DNA of 64,000 nt, taken from positions 192,001-256,000 of the forward strand of contig JBEKIW010000002.1 of NCBI GenBank assembly GCA_050011565.1, read 5' to 3'. Under the pieces are notes generated by a model. That model saw only the letters and a list, made by a program, of their open reading frames with translations, was not told the origin of the DNA and did not search any database. The DNA is from Dehalococcoidia bacterium (GTDB lineage: Bacteria; Chloroflexota; Dehalococcoidia; GIF9; UBA5629). Shown here piece by piece: positions 8,501 to 17,403 of this stretch. Within the stretch, counting starts at the first letter, position 1, and each line of letters starts with the position of its first letter. The translations under genes and the position numbers were made by a program.

Positions 8501-8815
8501 TTAGCGTGTATATTTCCGCGCCTTAACTGTTATGTGTTCTTTTCTTATATTAAGTCTCGCACTGAGCTCGTTAGCAAACTTGTGAGCATCTTGCTGCTTC
8601 TCAAAGAGCATTAGCGGGATGCCATGCTTATCCTCGGTCTTCCCTTTAAACTCGGTGATGTGTTTGTCGATGAAAGCTATCAGGTCTCCCTGTCTTTCTG
8701 GTCCTAAGTCCTTGGTAATGTAAACCTCGTGTGAGGCCTCATAGCTTGGAGTGAAGCCATCCCTGGGTCGCCACCTATGTACCGCTCTTTCTTCGTGTTC
8801 TTCGTGTTCCATCAA
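8501..8815 (-). CDS. Hypothetical protein
   Basis: 104-aa ORF with purine-rich RBS ggaaaggaaagg. Confidence 0.7.
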   Translation of the reverse strand: MMEHEEHEERAVHRWRPRDGFTPSYEASHEVYITKDLGPERQGDLIAFIDKHITEFKGKTEDKHGIPLMLFEKQQDAHKFANELSARLNIRKEHITVKARKYTR

Positions 8816-8868
8816 ATGCCTTTCCTTTCCGTTTCACTATGGCCTGGCCTCAATAATTGTACCACTTC

Positions 8869-8955
8869 TTAAGTTAGATTTGCCGTCACAATAGAGTTCA
8901 GTTTGAAGCAATCAATTGGCGAGTATTTCCTGTGAGCTTCAATTGCATCCAAGCC
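8869..8955 (-). pseudogene. Tyrosine integrase C-terminal remnant 2 (GLDAIEAHRKYSPIDCFKL...*)
   Basis: Protein-level match to adjacent remnant 1 (DAVEAHKKFSPVD) with mostly synonymous/conservative DNA differences. Confidence 0.65.
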
Positions 8956-8957
8956 TC

Positions 8958-9014
8958 CTACCTCACCAACCTATCCACTGGACTAAACTTCTTATGTGCT
9001 TCCACTGCGTCATA
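8958..9014 (-). pseudogene. Tyrosine integrase C-terminal remnant 1 (YDAVEAHKKFSPVDRLVR*)
   Basis: AH(K/R)(K/R)FSPVD is a characteristic terminal helix of XerC/D-like integrases; no upstream open frame. Confidence 0.7.
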
Positions 9015-9071
9015 TCAAGTGTTACAATTGTGCCAGAAAAGTAAAATTAAAGGGCGAGGAGGAAAGAGGAA

Positions 9072-9476
9072 GTGAAAGGAAAATTAATCTGGTCAGTATT
9101 CTGGGCGTTGGTTGGGGTTCCTATCATAATAGTCGGTACGCTAGTCGGTACGAGGTTTCCTCCATTCGGACAATTACTTGAGCGTTTTGTCCTTGTCGCC
9201 GTTCTTGCCGTTGGGCTTGTCCTCCTTGGCCTCGGGGTGACATTGATAATCTTGACCGTAAAAGCAAGAATGGGCGGAATGCTCAAGAAGTTCTTACTAT
9301 TAACTGGAGCTTCCGTCGTAGGACTGCCTGTTTTTGGCATCTTGCACAATGCGGTTAGTGCTCTGCTTAACACGGAGGAGCCTGTCTTCTTTATCATTGC
9401 AATCATTGTCTGCCCAATAGGTTTTCTAGTAGGTGCAATCGGAAGCATAGTTCTCACCATCAAGAGGATTAGATAG
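9072..9476 (+). CDS. Four-TM hypothetical membrane protein
   Basis: RBS gagg, GTG start; FLLLTGAS...ILHN...EEPVFFIIA pattern. Confidence 0.8.
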   Translation: MKGKLIWSVFWALVGVPIIIVGTLVGTRFPPFGQLLERFVLVAVLAVGLVLLGLGVTLIILTVKARMGGMLKKFLLLTGASVVGLPVFGILHNAVSALLNTEEPVFFIIAIIVCPIGFLVGAIGSIVLTIKRIR

Positions 9477-9478
9477 AG

Positions 9479-9526
9479 ACAGGATAACAAGAAGTCATTT
9501 ATGGCTTGCTTAATGGTAGTAGACAT
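9479..9526 (-). pseudogene. Probable integrase N-terminal remnant (MSTTIKQAINDFLLSC)
   Basis: RBS aaggagagg, ATG 9526, upstream TTGACC promoter-like element; sequence resembles the first helix of phage-integrase N-terminal SAM-like domains (recognised from memory) and breaks off at the 3' end of the opposite-strand gene. Confidence 0.5.
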
Positions 9527-9690
9527 TGAACCTCTCCTTATTCTTGTTTGAGTGCGTGCGACGATATACGAGAATCGAGAGAAGGTCAATAGCTTTGTGG
9601 CACATAAACTGAATATGATATTGGGGAAGGACAATACTTAATGACGTTGTTATAATATGTTTGAATTTGAATATCTAATGGGGAGGAGTT

Positions 9691-9966
9691 ATGTCACAAG
9701 AAGAGAAACCAGATAAGAAACCAGCGGCTGATAACTTTGCCGAAATGTTCAGGGCTTTCGGTCAGGCAATTGGTGAGGTGTTCGACGACCCGGAACTGAA
9801 AAGGAAAGCAAAAGAATTCGCTGACAGTGCTACAGATTCAGCAAAAACCCTGGCAAATAGATTTAAGGACGAGGATGTCAAAGCTAAATTCAGAGACGTG
9901 GGCAAGGCAGCTGAAGAATTCGGCAAGAGTGTGGCGGATAATTTCAAGACAGAGAAGAAAGAATAA
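9691..9966 (+). CDS. Hypothetical amphipathic helical protein
   Basis: RBS ggaggag; Ala/Lys/Glu/Phe-rich 91-aa ORF. Confidence 0.75.
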   Translation: MSQEEKPDKKPAADNFAEMFRAFGQAIGEVFDDPELKRKAKEFADSATDSAKTLANRFKDEDVKAKFRDVGKAAEEFGKSVADNFKTEKKE

Positions 9967-9969
9967 TTC

Positions 9970-10044
9970 TGGTGGCAGCGACTGGATTTGAACCAGTGAC
10001 CAAGGGCTTATGAGTCCCCTGCTCTGCCACTGAGCTACGCTGCC
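9970..10044 (-). tRNA. tRNA-Met(CAT), elongator type (Ile2 not excluded)
   Basis: GGCAGCG TA GCTC AGTGGCA GAGC A GGGGA CTCATAA GCCCT TGGTC ACTGG TTCAAAT CCAGT CGCTGCC ACCA; cloverleaf, encoded CCA, paired G1-C72; TTGACA promoter upstream. Confidence 0.95.
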
Positions 10045-10164
10045 ACGGTCTAAAAGTTAGCACAGCCGGCGTGGGGTGTCAAACCCAGAAATTGCTTATT
10101 AGCTAACTCTGGATTCTTCGCCCCCAGGGGTTCAGAATGACACGGGTGGGAATGCTAAAGCGTA

Positions 10165-11802
10165 TCAAACCTTCCTGGACTGCCTTGATCTTTTCACCGA
10201 GCCGGACCTGAAATGCTGGCACAGGGCCGCCCGGGCGCGGTAGTCTTCAACCTGCCGTCGCTGTTCAGCCTGGCTCCACTTCAGAAGCCGTCCCATCTCC
10301 TGCGCCACTGTCTCCACTGCGTCCAGGCCCTGACACGACATCAGCCCTGCATTACTGCGGCGGAGCAGGAAATCAGCCACGGTCAAAGCGCTTTCTTCCT
10401 TTACGCTGTGCTCCACCTGAGCCAGGATGTCCGGACTGTGGGGACAGAGGCGCTGCCCGCCTCGCTTGTTGCTCTCCACCAACTTTAAAACCTGGGAAAA
10501 ACGGGAACCGTAGAGGGCGGCAAGATGCCTTACCGTGTTCAAAGGCAGGCTGCTTTCCCGAGCGGCACTAGCCATCTTTTCCTGCGACACCGCAGGTGCC
10601 CCGGGCAGCGGTACTTCGGCTGTAGTGCAAGCTGCTTTCACTCCGAGCTTGCGACAAACGGTATCGACGGCATCTTTGGCCACAGCGCGGTAGGCGGTTA
10701 TCTTACCTCCCAGCACCGAGACCAGGCCCTCTATACCATCCCTCAGCTTGTGGTCGAGCACCCTGTGCTCACGTGTAATATCAGACGGCCGCTCGCCGCC
10801 GCTGTGAACCAGCGAACGCAACCCAGCCATGGTGAAAAATATGTCTTCCTCGCGCAACTTAGGGAATATCTGGCGGACGCTGCCCAGCATGTAGTCTACA
10901 TCAGATTTACCGGCACAAACAGCATCGAGATCACCCTTGTAATCGGTATCGGTGGTACCTATCAGAGTATAATCCAGCCACGGCATAACAAAGAAAAGAC
11001 GCCCGTCGACGGGTGAAAATAAGACCAGCGCCTTTTGTGTCAGCCTGGGAGTCAGCAAATGTATGCCCTTGGTCCGGCGTACCGTGCTGGCCGGACCACT
11101 GCGGAGCAAATCCCTGACGCAATCGACCCAATGTCCGGCCGCGTTGACCACCAGCCGCGCCTTAATCTTATGGGTCTCTCCAGACAGGCAGTCCAGCATT
11201 TCTATGCCGCGTACGTCATTACCATCTCTTAGAAACCCGGTTAGTTGAGCATGGTTCATGATAACGGCACCGTTTTCGGCGGCACTAAGTACATTCTCTA
11301 TGCCCAGACGCTCGGTATAAGGCGCCTGGCAGTCGTAGTAGAGTAAAGCACCTCTCAGACCTTTCAGCCCCTCGAGTTCCGGCTCTATTTCCAGAACCTC
11401 ACTCCGCGAAAGATGCTGGTGGGATGGCATGGACTTGCCCGAAGCCATCACATCATACATGCGCAGGCCGATGCTCAGAGCTACCTCGTAATAAAGGTTG
11501 GTTATGGGTATGATGAAAGGAAAGGCATGCACCAGGTGAGGCGCAATTTTCAATAGAACCTCTCGCTCCAGCAAGTCCTGGCGCACCAGGTGAAACTCGA
11601 GCATTCGCAGATAGCGCAGTCCACCATGAATCAAGCGCGAGGAACGAGAAGTGGTGCCGTAGCCGAAGTCTTCCTTTTCGATTAGCAAAGTCTTTATGCC
11701 GCGGAGAGAGGCATCCCGGGCAATGCCCGTGCCTATAATGCCGCCACCCACTACAATCAGGTCGAATTTTTCCCTGGCAATGGCACCGATGTCTCTTTTC
11801 AT
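10165..11802 (-). CDS. glpD: FAD-dependent glycerol-3-phosphate dehydrogenase
   Basis: DLIVVGGGIIG, GTTSRSSRLIHGGLRYL, KGIHLL, GTTD, GGKITAYR. Confidence 0.93.
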   Translation of the reverse strand: MKRDIGAIAREKFDLIVVGGGIIGTGIARDASLRGIKTLLIEKEDFGYGTTSRSSRLIHGGLRYLRMLEFHLVRQDLLEREVLLKIAPHLVHAFPFIIPITNLYYEVALSIGLRMYDVMASGKSMPSHQHLSRSEVLEIEPELEGLKGLRGALLYYDCQAPYTERLGIENVLSAAENGAVIMNHAQLTGFLRDGNDVRGIEMLDCLSGETHKIKARLVVNAAGHWVDCVRDLLRSGPASTVRRTKGIHLLTPRLTQKALVLFSPVDGRLFFVMPWLDYTLIGTTDTDYKGDLDAVCAGKSDVDYMLGSVRQIFPKLREEDIFFTMAGLRSLVHSGGERPSDITREHRVLDHKLRDGIEGLVSVLGGKITAYRAVAKDAVDTVCRKLGVKAACTTAEVPLPGAPAVSQEKMASAARESSLPLNTVRHLAALYGSRFSQVLKLVESNKRGGQRLCPHSPDILAQVEHSVKEESALTVADFLLRRSNAGLMSCQGLDAVETVAQEMGRLLKWSQAEQRRQVEDYRARAALCQHFRSGSVKRSRQSRKV

Positions 11803-11828
11803 ACTTTTCTCCGTTGATAGTTTATTTT

Positions 11829-11883
11829 CACCCTCACCTTATTCCTCTCTCCCCTGGCGGGAGAGAGTTAGAGTGAGGGGGTG
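11829..11883. repeat. REP-like palindrome (same family as 296-334)
   Basis: caccctcac...ctctctccc ctggc gggagagag...gtgagggggtg between glpK and glpD. Confidence 0.7.
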
Positions 11884-13386
11884 TCAGCTTTCGACCCAGC
11901 CGCGGGCACGTTCTACGGCACGTTTCCAGCCGGCATAAAGTGTCTCACGTTGGTCAACAGACATCTTCGGTTCAAAGGTTTCGGCTGCTTTCCACATCCG
12001 GGCAAGCTGAGCCGTGTCTCGCCACATGCCGACTGCCAGACCGGCCAGGTAGGCAGCGCCCAAAGACGTGGTCTCAGCTATGGCTGCCAGCTGTATGGGT
12101 ATACCCAGTATATCGGCCTGAAACTGCATCATGAGTGAATTGGCGGTGCCGCCGCCATCTACACGGAGCACTGGTAGCTTGAGGCCAGATTCAGCACCCA
12201 TAGCATCGGCTACATCCCGTACCTGGTAGGCGATAGCTTCCAGCGTAGCCCTGGCCAGATGCCCGCTGGTGATACCTCGAGTAAGTCCAACGATGGTGCC
12301 CCGGGCATACATATCCCAGTAAGGAGCACCAAGTCCCACGAAGGCAGGAACAAAGTAAACACCGCCGTTATCAGGCACTGATTTGGCGAGTGCCTCGCTC
12401 TCGCCGGCGGTTTTTATCAGGCGTAAGCCGTCACGTAACCACTGGACGGCGGCGCCGGTGATAAAGACACTGCCTTCCATAGCATAAATGACCTTGCCCC
12501 CCAGACCCCAGGCTACGGTTGTAATCAGCCCTTTCTCAGACGGGATTGGCCTGTCACCGGTGTTGAGCAGAATGAATGAACCCGTGCCGTAAGTGTTCTT
12601 GGCCATACCTGCCTGGTAACACGCCTGGCCGAAAAGAGCTGCTTGCTGGTCGCCGGCAATGCCGGCTAGAGGCACCCGCGCATCACCCAGCAGGCCGGCG
12701 GCGGTCTCCCCATAAACCTGGCTTGAAGACATCGCTTTGGGAAGAACGGCCTCAGGTATGTCCAATTGAGCCAATAGTTCCTTATCCCATTGAAGAGTAT
12801 GAATATTAAACAGCATAGTGCGGGAGGCATTACTATAGTCGGTAATATGGACGGCGCCACCGGTTAGATTCCAGACCAGCCAGCTATCTATCGTCCCGAA
12901 CAAGAAGTCGCCCTGCCGGGCACGACGTTGACCATCGGGCACGTTATCCAGAATCCAGCGCAGCTTGGTAGCGGAGAAATAAGCATCAACGAGCAGTCCG
13001 GTCTTGTCCCTGATAGGCTTAACCATGCCTTTCTGCTTAAGTTCTTCGCAAATCGGTGCGGTGCGACGGCACTGCCAGACTATGGCGTTGCTCACCGGCT
13101 TTCCGGTGCGGCGGTCCCAGACCACGGTCGTCTCCCGCTGGTTGGTGATGCCCAGTCCTTTTACCTGAGAGGCAGCCACCCCCGCCTGTTGCAGTGCTTC
13201 TTTAGCCACGGCCAATGAGGTTTGGAAAATCTCTACCGGGTCATGCTCCACCCAGCCGGGCTGTGGATAAATCTGACGTATCTCACGGTCGGCGCTGGAC
13301 ACTACCTGTCCCAGGTCATCAAACAACAAAGCAGCGCTTCCCGTGGTTCCCTGGTCGATAACTAGAATATAGCTCTTACCGGGCAT
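11884..13386 (-). CDS. glpK: Glycerol kinase
   Basis: [52 protein letters not shown]. Confidence 0.97.
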   Translation of the reverse strand: MPGKSYILVIDQGTTGSAALLFDDLGQVVSSADREIRQIYPQPGWVEHDPVEIFQTSLAVAKEALQQAGVAASQVKGLGITNQRETTVVWDRRTGKPVSNAIVWQCRRTAPICEELKQKGMVKPIRDKTGLLVDAYFSATKLRWILDNVPDGQRRARQGDFLFGTIDSWLVWNLTGGAVHITDYSNASRTMLFNIHTLQWDKELLAQLDIPEAVLPKAMSSSQVYGETAAGLLGDARVPLAGIAGDQQAALFGQACYQAGMAKNTYGTGSFILLNTGDRPIPSEKGLITTVAWGLGGKVIYAMEGSVFITGAAVQWLRDGLRLIKTAGESEALAKSVPDNGGVYFVPAFVGLGAPYWDMYARGTIVGLTRGITSGHLARATLEAIAYQVRDVADAMGAESGLKLPVLRVDGGGTANSLMMQFQADILGIPIQLAAIAETTSLGAAYLAGLAVGMWRDTAQLARMWKAAETFEPKMSVDQRETLYAGWKRAVERARGWVES

Positions 13387-13450
13387 TGATAATGCTCAGT
13401 CGTCTGGGCGCAAATCATGCCTAGTATGGCATGTTATGTCCCAGTTGGCT

Positions 13451-13780
13451 TTATTTTTCCTCAAAGGCCTCGATAGCGATGCAGCTATGCGCCAGAGCAC
13501 CGCCGGCTCGCAGAGATGCGGCCACAAATATCGCCTCAGCCAGTTCTCCATCCATAGCGCCTGCCTTCTTGGCCCTTTTGGTATGTGCTTCTATGCAGTA
13601 GGGACACTGGGTGACATGAGCGCAGGCTACAGCAATAAGCTCTTTAATCTTTGTGCTAAGGGCTCCCTCGGCAAAGACCTTGCCGTCGAAATCCATAAAA
13701 GCCTGCAAAATCTCAGGTTTCAATTGATACAGCTTGCCTAATTTAGCAATGCTGTCTTTACGATAGTGACATTCAGCCAT
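13451..13780 (-). CDS. Carboxymuconolactone decarboxylase/AhpD family protein
   Basis: GALSTKIKELIAVACAHVTQCPYCIEAH. Confidence 0.9.
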   Translation of the reverse strand: MAECHYRKDSIAKLGKLYQLKPEILQAFMDFDGKVFAEGALSTKIKELIAVACAHVTQCPYCIEAHTKRAKKAGAMDGELAEAIFVAASLRAGGALAHSCIAIEAFEEK

Positions 13781-13827
13781 CTTGAACTCCTTTTTTCGAT
13801 ACAAAATCCAGGCTTTATCAACCTATT

Positions 13828-14664
13828 TTATCGGATGTGCTTTGTCAGCCAGGCTTCCATATCGACGAAGACCTGCTCACGCTCCGGTTCATTGCAAATC
13901 TCATGGTAGCAGTTGTCGTACAGCTTCAGCGTCTTGTCTTTTGAGCCTACCCGCTCAAACAGCAGTTTACTTCCCCGCGGGTCAGACAGCTGGTCAGCGA
14001 AACCATGCATAATCAGTACGGGCAGCTTTATCCTGGGCATCTGTTCCGGCAGCTGCTTCCACATCCTGGCCAGCTCGGCACCCGTCCGGGCAGGGACCTT
14101 CCCCCGGAATACAAGCGGGTCATTGACGTAGGCATCCACAACAGCCTTGTCGCGGCTGATGAAGGAAGCATCGAGGACGGTTACACCCATTTTCGGCAGC
14201 AGCGCGGAGACTATCCCGGCCATGGCGAGTAATGCCGGCGAAACACTGGTGGTTGGTACGAGGCTTGACCCGGAAAGTATAAGCCCGGCGAGGTCCTCTT
14301 GATGTTCTACCGCGTAGGCGGTGGCAATAGTGCCGCCCAGACTATGCCCGAAAAGGAAAATCCTGGCATTTTTATTATCTTTACGCACCATGTCAAAAAA
14401 GGTTTTAAGGTCGATGAGGTAATCGTTGAAGTTGTCGACATAGGACCGCGTGCCCTCTGATTTGCCGTGACCTCGATGGTCAAGTGCGTAGACGGCATAT
14501 CCCTTGGGAACGAAGTAATCGACCAGGTTTTTATAACGTCCGCTGTGCTCAGCCAGGCCGTGAGCGACAAGCAGCACAGCCTTGGGTTTTTTATCCGGCA
14601 GCCAGTATTGGTAATAGAGTTTAAGCCCTTTATATCCGACGAATTTACCTTCTTTATGATTCAT
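13828..14664 (-). CDS. Monoacylglycerol lipase/lysophospholipase (Hydrolase_4)
   Basis: HGLAEHSGRY, DHRGHGKS, GHSLGG, YHEICNEP. Confidence 0.9.
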   Translation of the reverse strand: MNHKEGKFVGYKGLKLYYQYWLPDKKPKAVLLVAHGLAEHSGRYKNLVDYFVPKGYAVYALDHRGHGKSEGTRSYVDNFNDYLIDLKTFFDMVRKDNKNARIFLFGHSLGGTIATAYAVEHQEDLAGLILSGSSLVPTTSVSPALLAMAGIVSALLPKMGVTVLDASFISRDKAVVDAYVNDPLVFRGKVPARTGAELARMWKQLPEQMPRIKLPVLIMHGFADQLSDPRGSKLLFERVGSKDKTLKLYDNCYHEICNEPEREQVFVDMEAWLTKHIR

Positions 14665-14961
14665 GCACCTGCCCTCCAACTGTAATTTTCCAATTCCCGG
14701 TTGCTGCCGGAGCGGTCTGAACAATAATTTGCGATGAAGGTCCTTCTGTTACAGGAATATTCTAAATAATGCCGCGCCTAACTCTCAATTCCTTCGAGTT
14801 CTAACGCCAGCCAAAATATACATAAATGGCAGCAGGAATATCCACAGAGCCCACAGTGCGTAAAATATAACCCAATCCAACTTCCGCGTCTTCATGACGT
14901 ACTACATTAATACTTCGACAGAAGGTGTGTCAAGTGGTCGGTATGTATAATTCTGCCGTCC

Positions 14962-16110
14962 TCACAACTGGTAAAGGATAGAATACATATAAAGATAGAA
15001 CTGGGCAGCCTCGGAGATGACATGGTGGAGGTTGGAAATTCGAGCCTTCAACAGGTCTTCAATGCTAACGTGGTAGAACTGGCGAAAAATTCTGAAGTAG
15101 ACCTTATTTTTATCATCAATAGCGTCGACGAGCTTACATGATTCCACCCAGGGTATGACGTCATCGTTAAAGGTGTGGATAATAGCGATTTTGGTGTTGT
15201 GCTGCGCAATTTTCGTGTGGGGGGACAAACTATTAAGAGTTCGCCGCACCTTCGGGTCGAGCTTTTCCCAGAGTTCTCCGACTCGTTTGGGGTCACGATT
15301 AGTAAGCAGTTCATACGTGGCTTGCCCCGAAGGAGAAAGGCGGTTCTTCAGTGAATCTGTGGAGTTGCCTCTCAGCAGTTTCTCGAGGCAGGCTCTGTCC
15401 GAGGCATCAGGTAACAGCTCAACCAGCCACTTAGGTGCTTCCTCTATCAGAAGGTCTCGGGGTTTCCAAGGTTTGGCCTCACCACCATCAATGTAGCGCA
15501 GCGCAAGAACAGCTTGCAGCCAGTCGTTAATATTATAAAAGCCGCCCCAGCAAGTGATAACGGCGACATTCCGGCTGCTGTTTGGTTCGGCCGCCGCCAA
15601 AAAAACCAGCGGCGCGCTGAGACAGACACCCATCAGACCTATCTTTCCATTGCAGAACTCTCGCTCCGAAAGATAGCGAACGCCGGCGACCAGTGCGTCT
15701 ACATCATCCTGATGCAGCCGTAGTCTGCTCAAGTTTTCCAGTTGCGGCACCAGCGCAATATAGCCGGCACTGGCCAAGCTCTGCCCGCCGAATCTCAGCG
15801 CTCTATCGTCTTTGCCACCCTTGATGGCGCCGTGAGCCAGGATTAGACCTGAATGTCGTCTTTTGTCATTTGGACGATATAAATTGGCAACTATGTACCG
15901 GTCACCGCAACCAAACGTGACCTCAGAGACATGAATATTTCCAGGTATAGAACCGGTATTCTTTTTATAGCTGATACCCAGGCTCACTATCATAGCCGCG
16001 GTTTTAAGTCCCACCCGAACCGGCCTGGCTAGAAAAACTACAGCCAGCACAGCCAGGGCAAGTAAGCCCACCAATATCCACTGCCAGTTATGGGTCAAAA
16101 ACTCAAACAT
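14962..16110 (-). CDS. Membrane-anchored alpha/beta hydrolase
   Basis: N-terminal TM; LILAHG; nucleophile elbow GVCLS; DDVIP; FYHV. Confidence 0.7.
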   Translation of the reverse strand: MFEFLTHNWQWILVGLLALAVLAVVFLARPVRVGLKTAAMIVSLGISYKKNTGSIPGNIHVSEVTFGCGDRYIVANLYRPNDKRRHSGLILAHGAIKGGKDDRALRFGGQSLASAGYIALVPQLENLSRLRLHQDDVDALVAGVRYLSEREFCNGKIGLMGVCLSAPLVFLAAAEPNSSRNVAVITCWGGFYNINDWLQAVLALRYIDGGEAKPWKPRDLLIEEAPKWLVELLPDASDRACLEKLLRGNSTDSLKNRLSPSGQATYELLTNRDPKRVGELWEKLDPKVRRTLNSLSPHTKIAQHNTKIAIIHTFNDDVIPWVESCKLVDAIDDKNKVYFRIFRQFYHVSIEDLLKARISNLHHVISEAAQFYLYMYSILYQL

Positions 16111-16165
16111 TTTTTACACCGGGCGATTTAAACTTTAATTGGCAAGTCCATTTTTGTCAAACCGT

Positions 16166-16966
16166 TTAGTCTTGAGGTTCCCGGTTAAAATTCTTACTGT
16201 CTCCTAATGCCTCGACTATTCTGTCCCTGGCAAAAGAGACTACTTTACTATTTAGATGCACTTCATCAGCAGCGTATTCCTTCTTTATAAATCCGTTTTC
16301 ATCCGCGGCAATCGACTGCATGTCTATGAAAGGAACCCCGCTTCTCCGGCAGAACTCACCAAGTTTTTTGTTAAATTCTCTGGATATCTCACTTCTCTGT
16401 TCCGGGCTGCCGAGGAAGGGGAGATTTGACTCGAAGTCTTTTCGTGCCGCCGGCGGCAGGCCGTGAACGCACACTGCGAATCCTTCAGCCTTCAGCCTTC
16501 TAATCGTCTCCCCGTATTTCTCTACGGTAGCATCAATGAGTCTCTCGATGCTTATCTTCTCGTTATTCTTTTCATACTGAAGGTATATATGCACACGGGC
16601 ATCTATTTCACCAAAAACCAAAAGCAAGACATCCCTCCGTTTATTTATTGCGGGCAAGAACGAATTCAAATATTTCTTCGACTGGGAGAAGCTGTTGTCC
16701 TTGTTCAGATTGTAGGCAGTTGCCTGTGATATGTGATGCAATAAAAAAGGGCTTCTAAACACGAAGGGCTTCAAGTGGCTGTCACCTACAACATGAATTA
16801 TGGCGCGATTAAACAATTTGGCTTCTAACATGAGCCCCGCGTTATATAGGCACAGCCAGGGATATTTAAAAAATACGTCAATATAGCTGAAATAAATGGA
16901 GCCTCTTTGTTGCAGCTCTTCTCTCAGCCGTGTATCTATTCTTTGAAAAACGGCCTTAACCATCAT
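16166..16966 (-). CDS. SGNH/GDSL hydrolase family protein
   Basis: VVGDSH block I, FGEIDAR, DEVHLN block V. Confidence 0.8.
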   Translation of the reverse strand: MMVKAVFQRIDTRLREELQQRGSIYFSYIDVFFKYPWLCLYNAGLMLEAKLFNRAIIHVVGDSHLKPFVFRSPFLLHHISQATAYNLNKDNSFSQSKKYLNSFLPAINKRRDVLLLVFGEIDARVHIYLQYEKNNEKISIERLIDATVEKYGETIRRLKAEGFAVCVHGLPPAARKDFESNLPFLGSPEQRSEISREFNKKLGEFCRRSGVPFIDMQSIAADENGFIKKEYAADEVHLNSKVVSFARDRIVEALGDSKNFNREPQD

Positions 16967-17065
16967 AATTTTTAGACAGACACAGAACCGGCCTTACTTT
17001 ACCATTGAGAAACTACAACTTTCAATCTATGAAGGAGCTTTAAGATGGAGGCTGTATAGAAAGAA

Positions 17066-17211
17066 AAAGTCCCGAGTAACCTCACTCGTTCCCGGCGCTT
17101 CCTCCGCTTGCGTTCTCGGCTTCGGCTTACTTTGTTTGCGGTAGGTTACCGCACCCTTCAGCCTGCACCGAACTCCACCCGCCGGGTCTAAGCTTGACCA
17201 CTCGGAACTTT
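17066..17211 (-). ncRNA. ssrS: 6S RNA-like rod-shaped ncRNA
   Basis: Terminal stem AAAGUUCCGAGUGGUC/GGUUACUCGGGACUUU, CCCGGCG/CGCCGGG, central purine-rich bubble, UUCGGU/GCCGAG, apical GCGGUA/UACCGC; promoter directly upstream. Confidence 0.7.
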
Positions 17212-17215
17212 ATTA

Positions 17216-17245
17216 ATAATAGCACATTTTGGCCTGATTTGTCAA
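17216..17245 (-). promoter_or_regulatory. sigma70 promoter of the 6S-like RNA
   Basis: TTGACA-18 nt-TATTAT with TGn extension, ending about 4 nt before the stem. Confidence 0.7.
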
Positions 17246-17403
17246 ATCTCGTAGCTGGCAGCACGGTCAACCTTATACCGCAAACTTGAAACAGAATAAT
17301 ATTCCATGGGCTTCAACAAGATAGAAATTGGGGTTTAACCGGGCGGCGTCCCACGATGATTTTCTGCCGTGTTATGCGACAGGTGGAACGCTTATAAGCT
17401 TTT

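Noticed and set aside
9047-9634. 195-aa minus-strand ORF in the track
   Set aside because: Mostly antisense to the membrane gene 9072-9476; only 9479-9526 looks like real (integrase-derived) coding sequence
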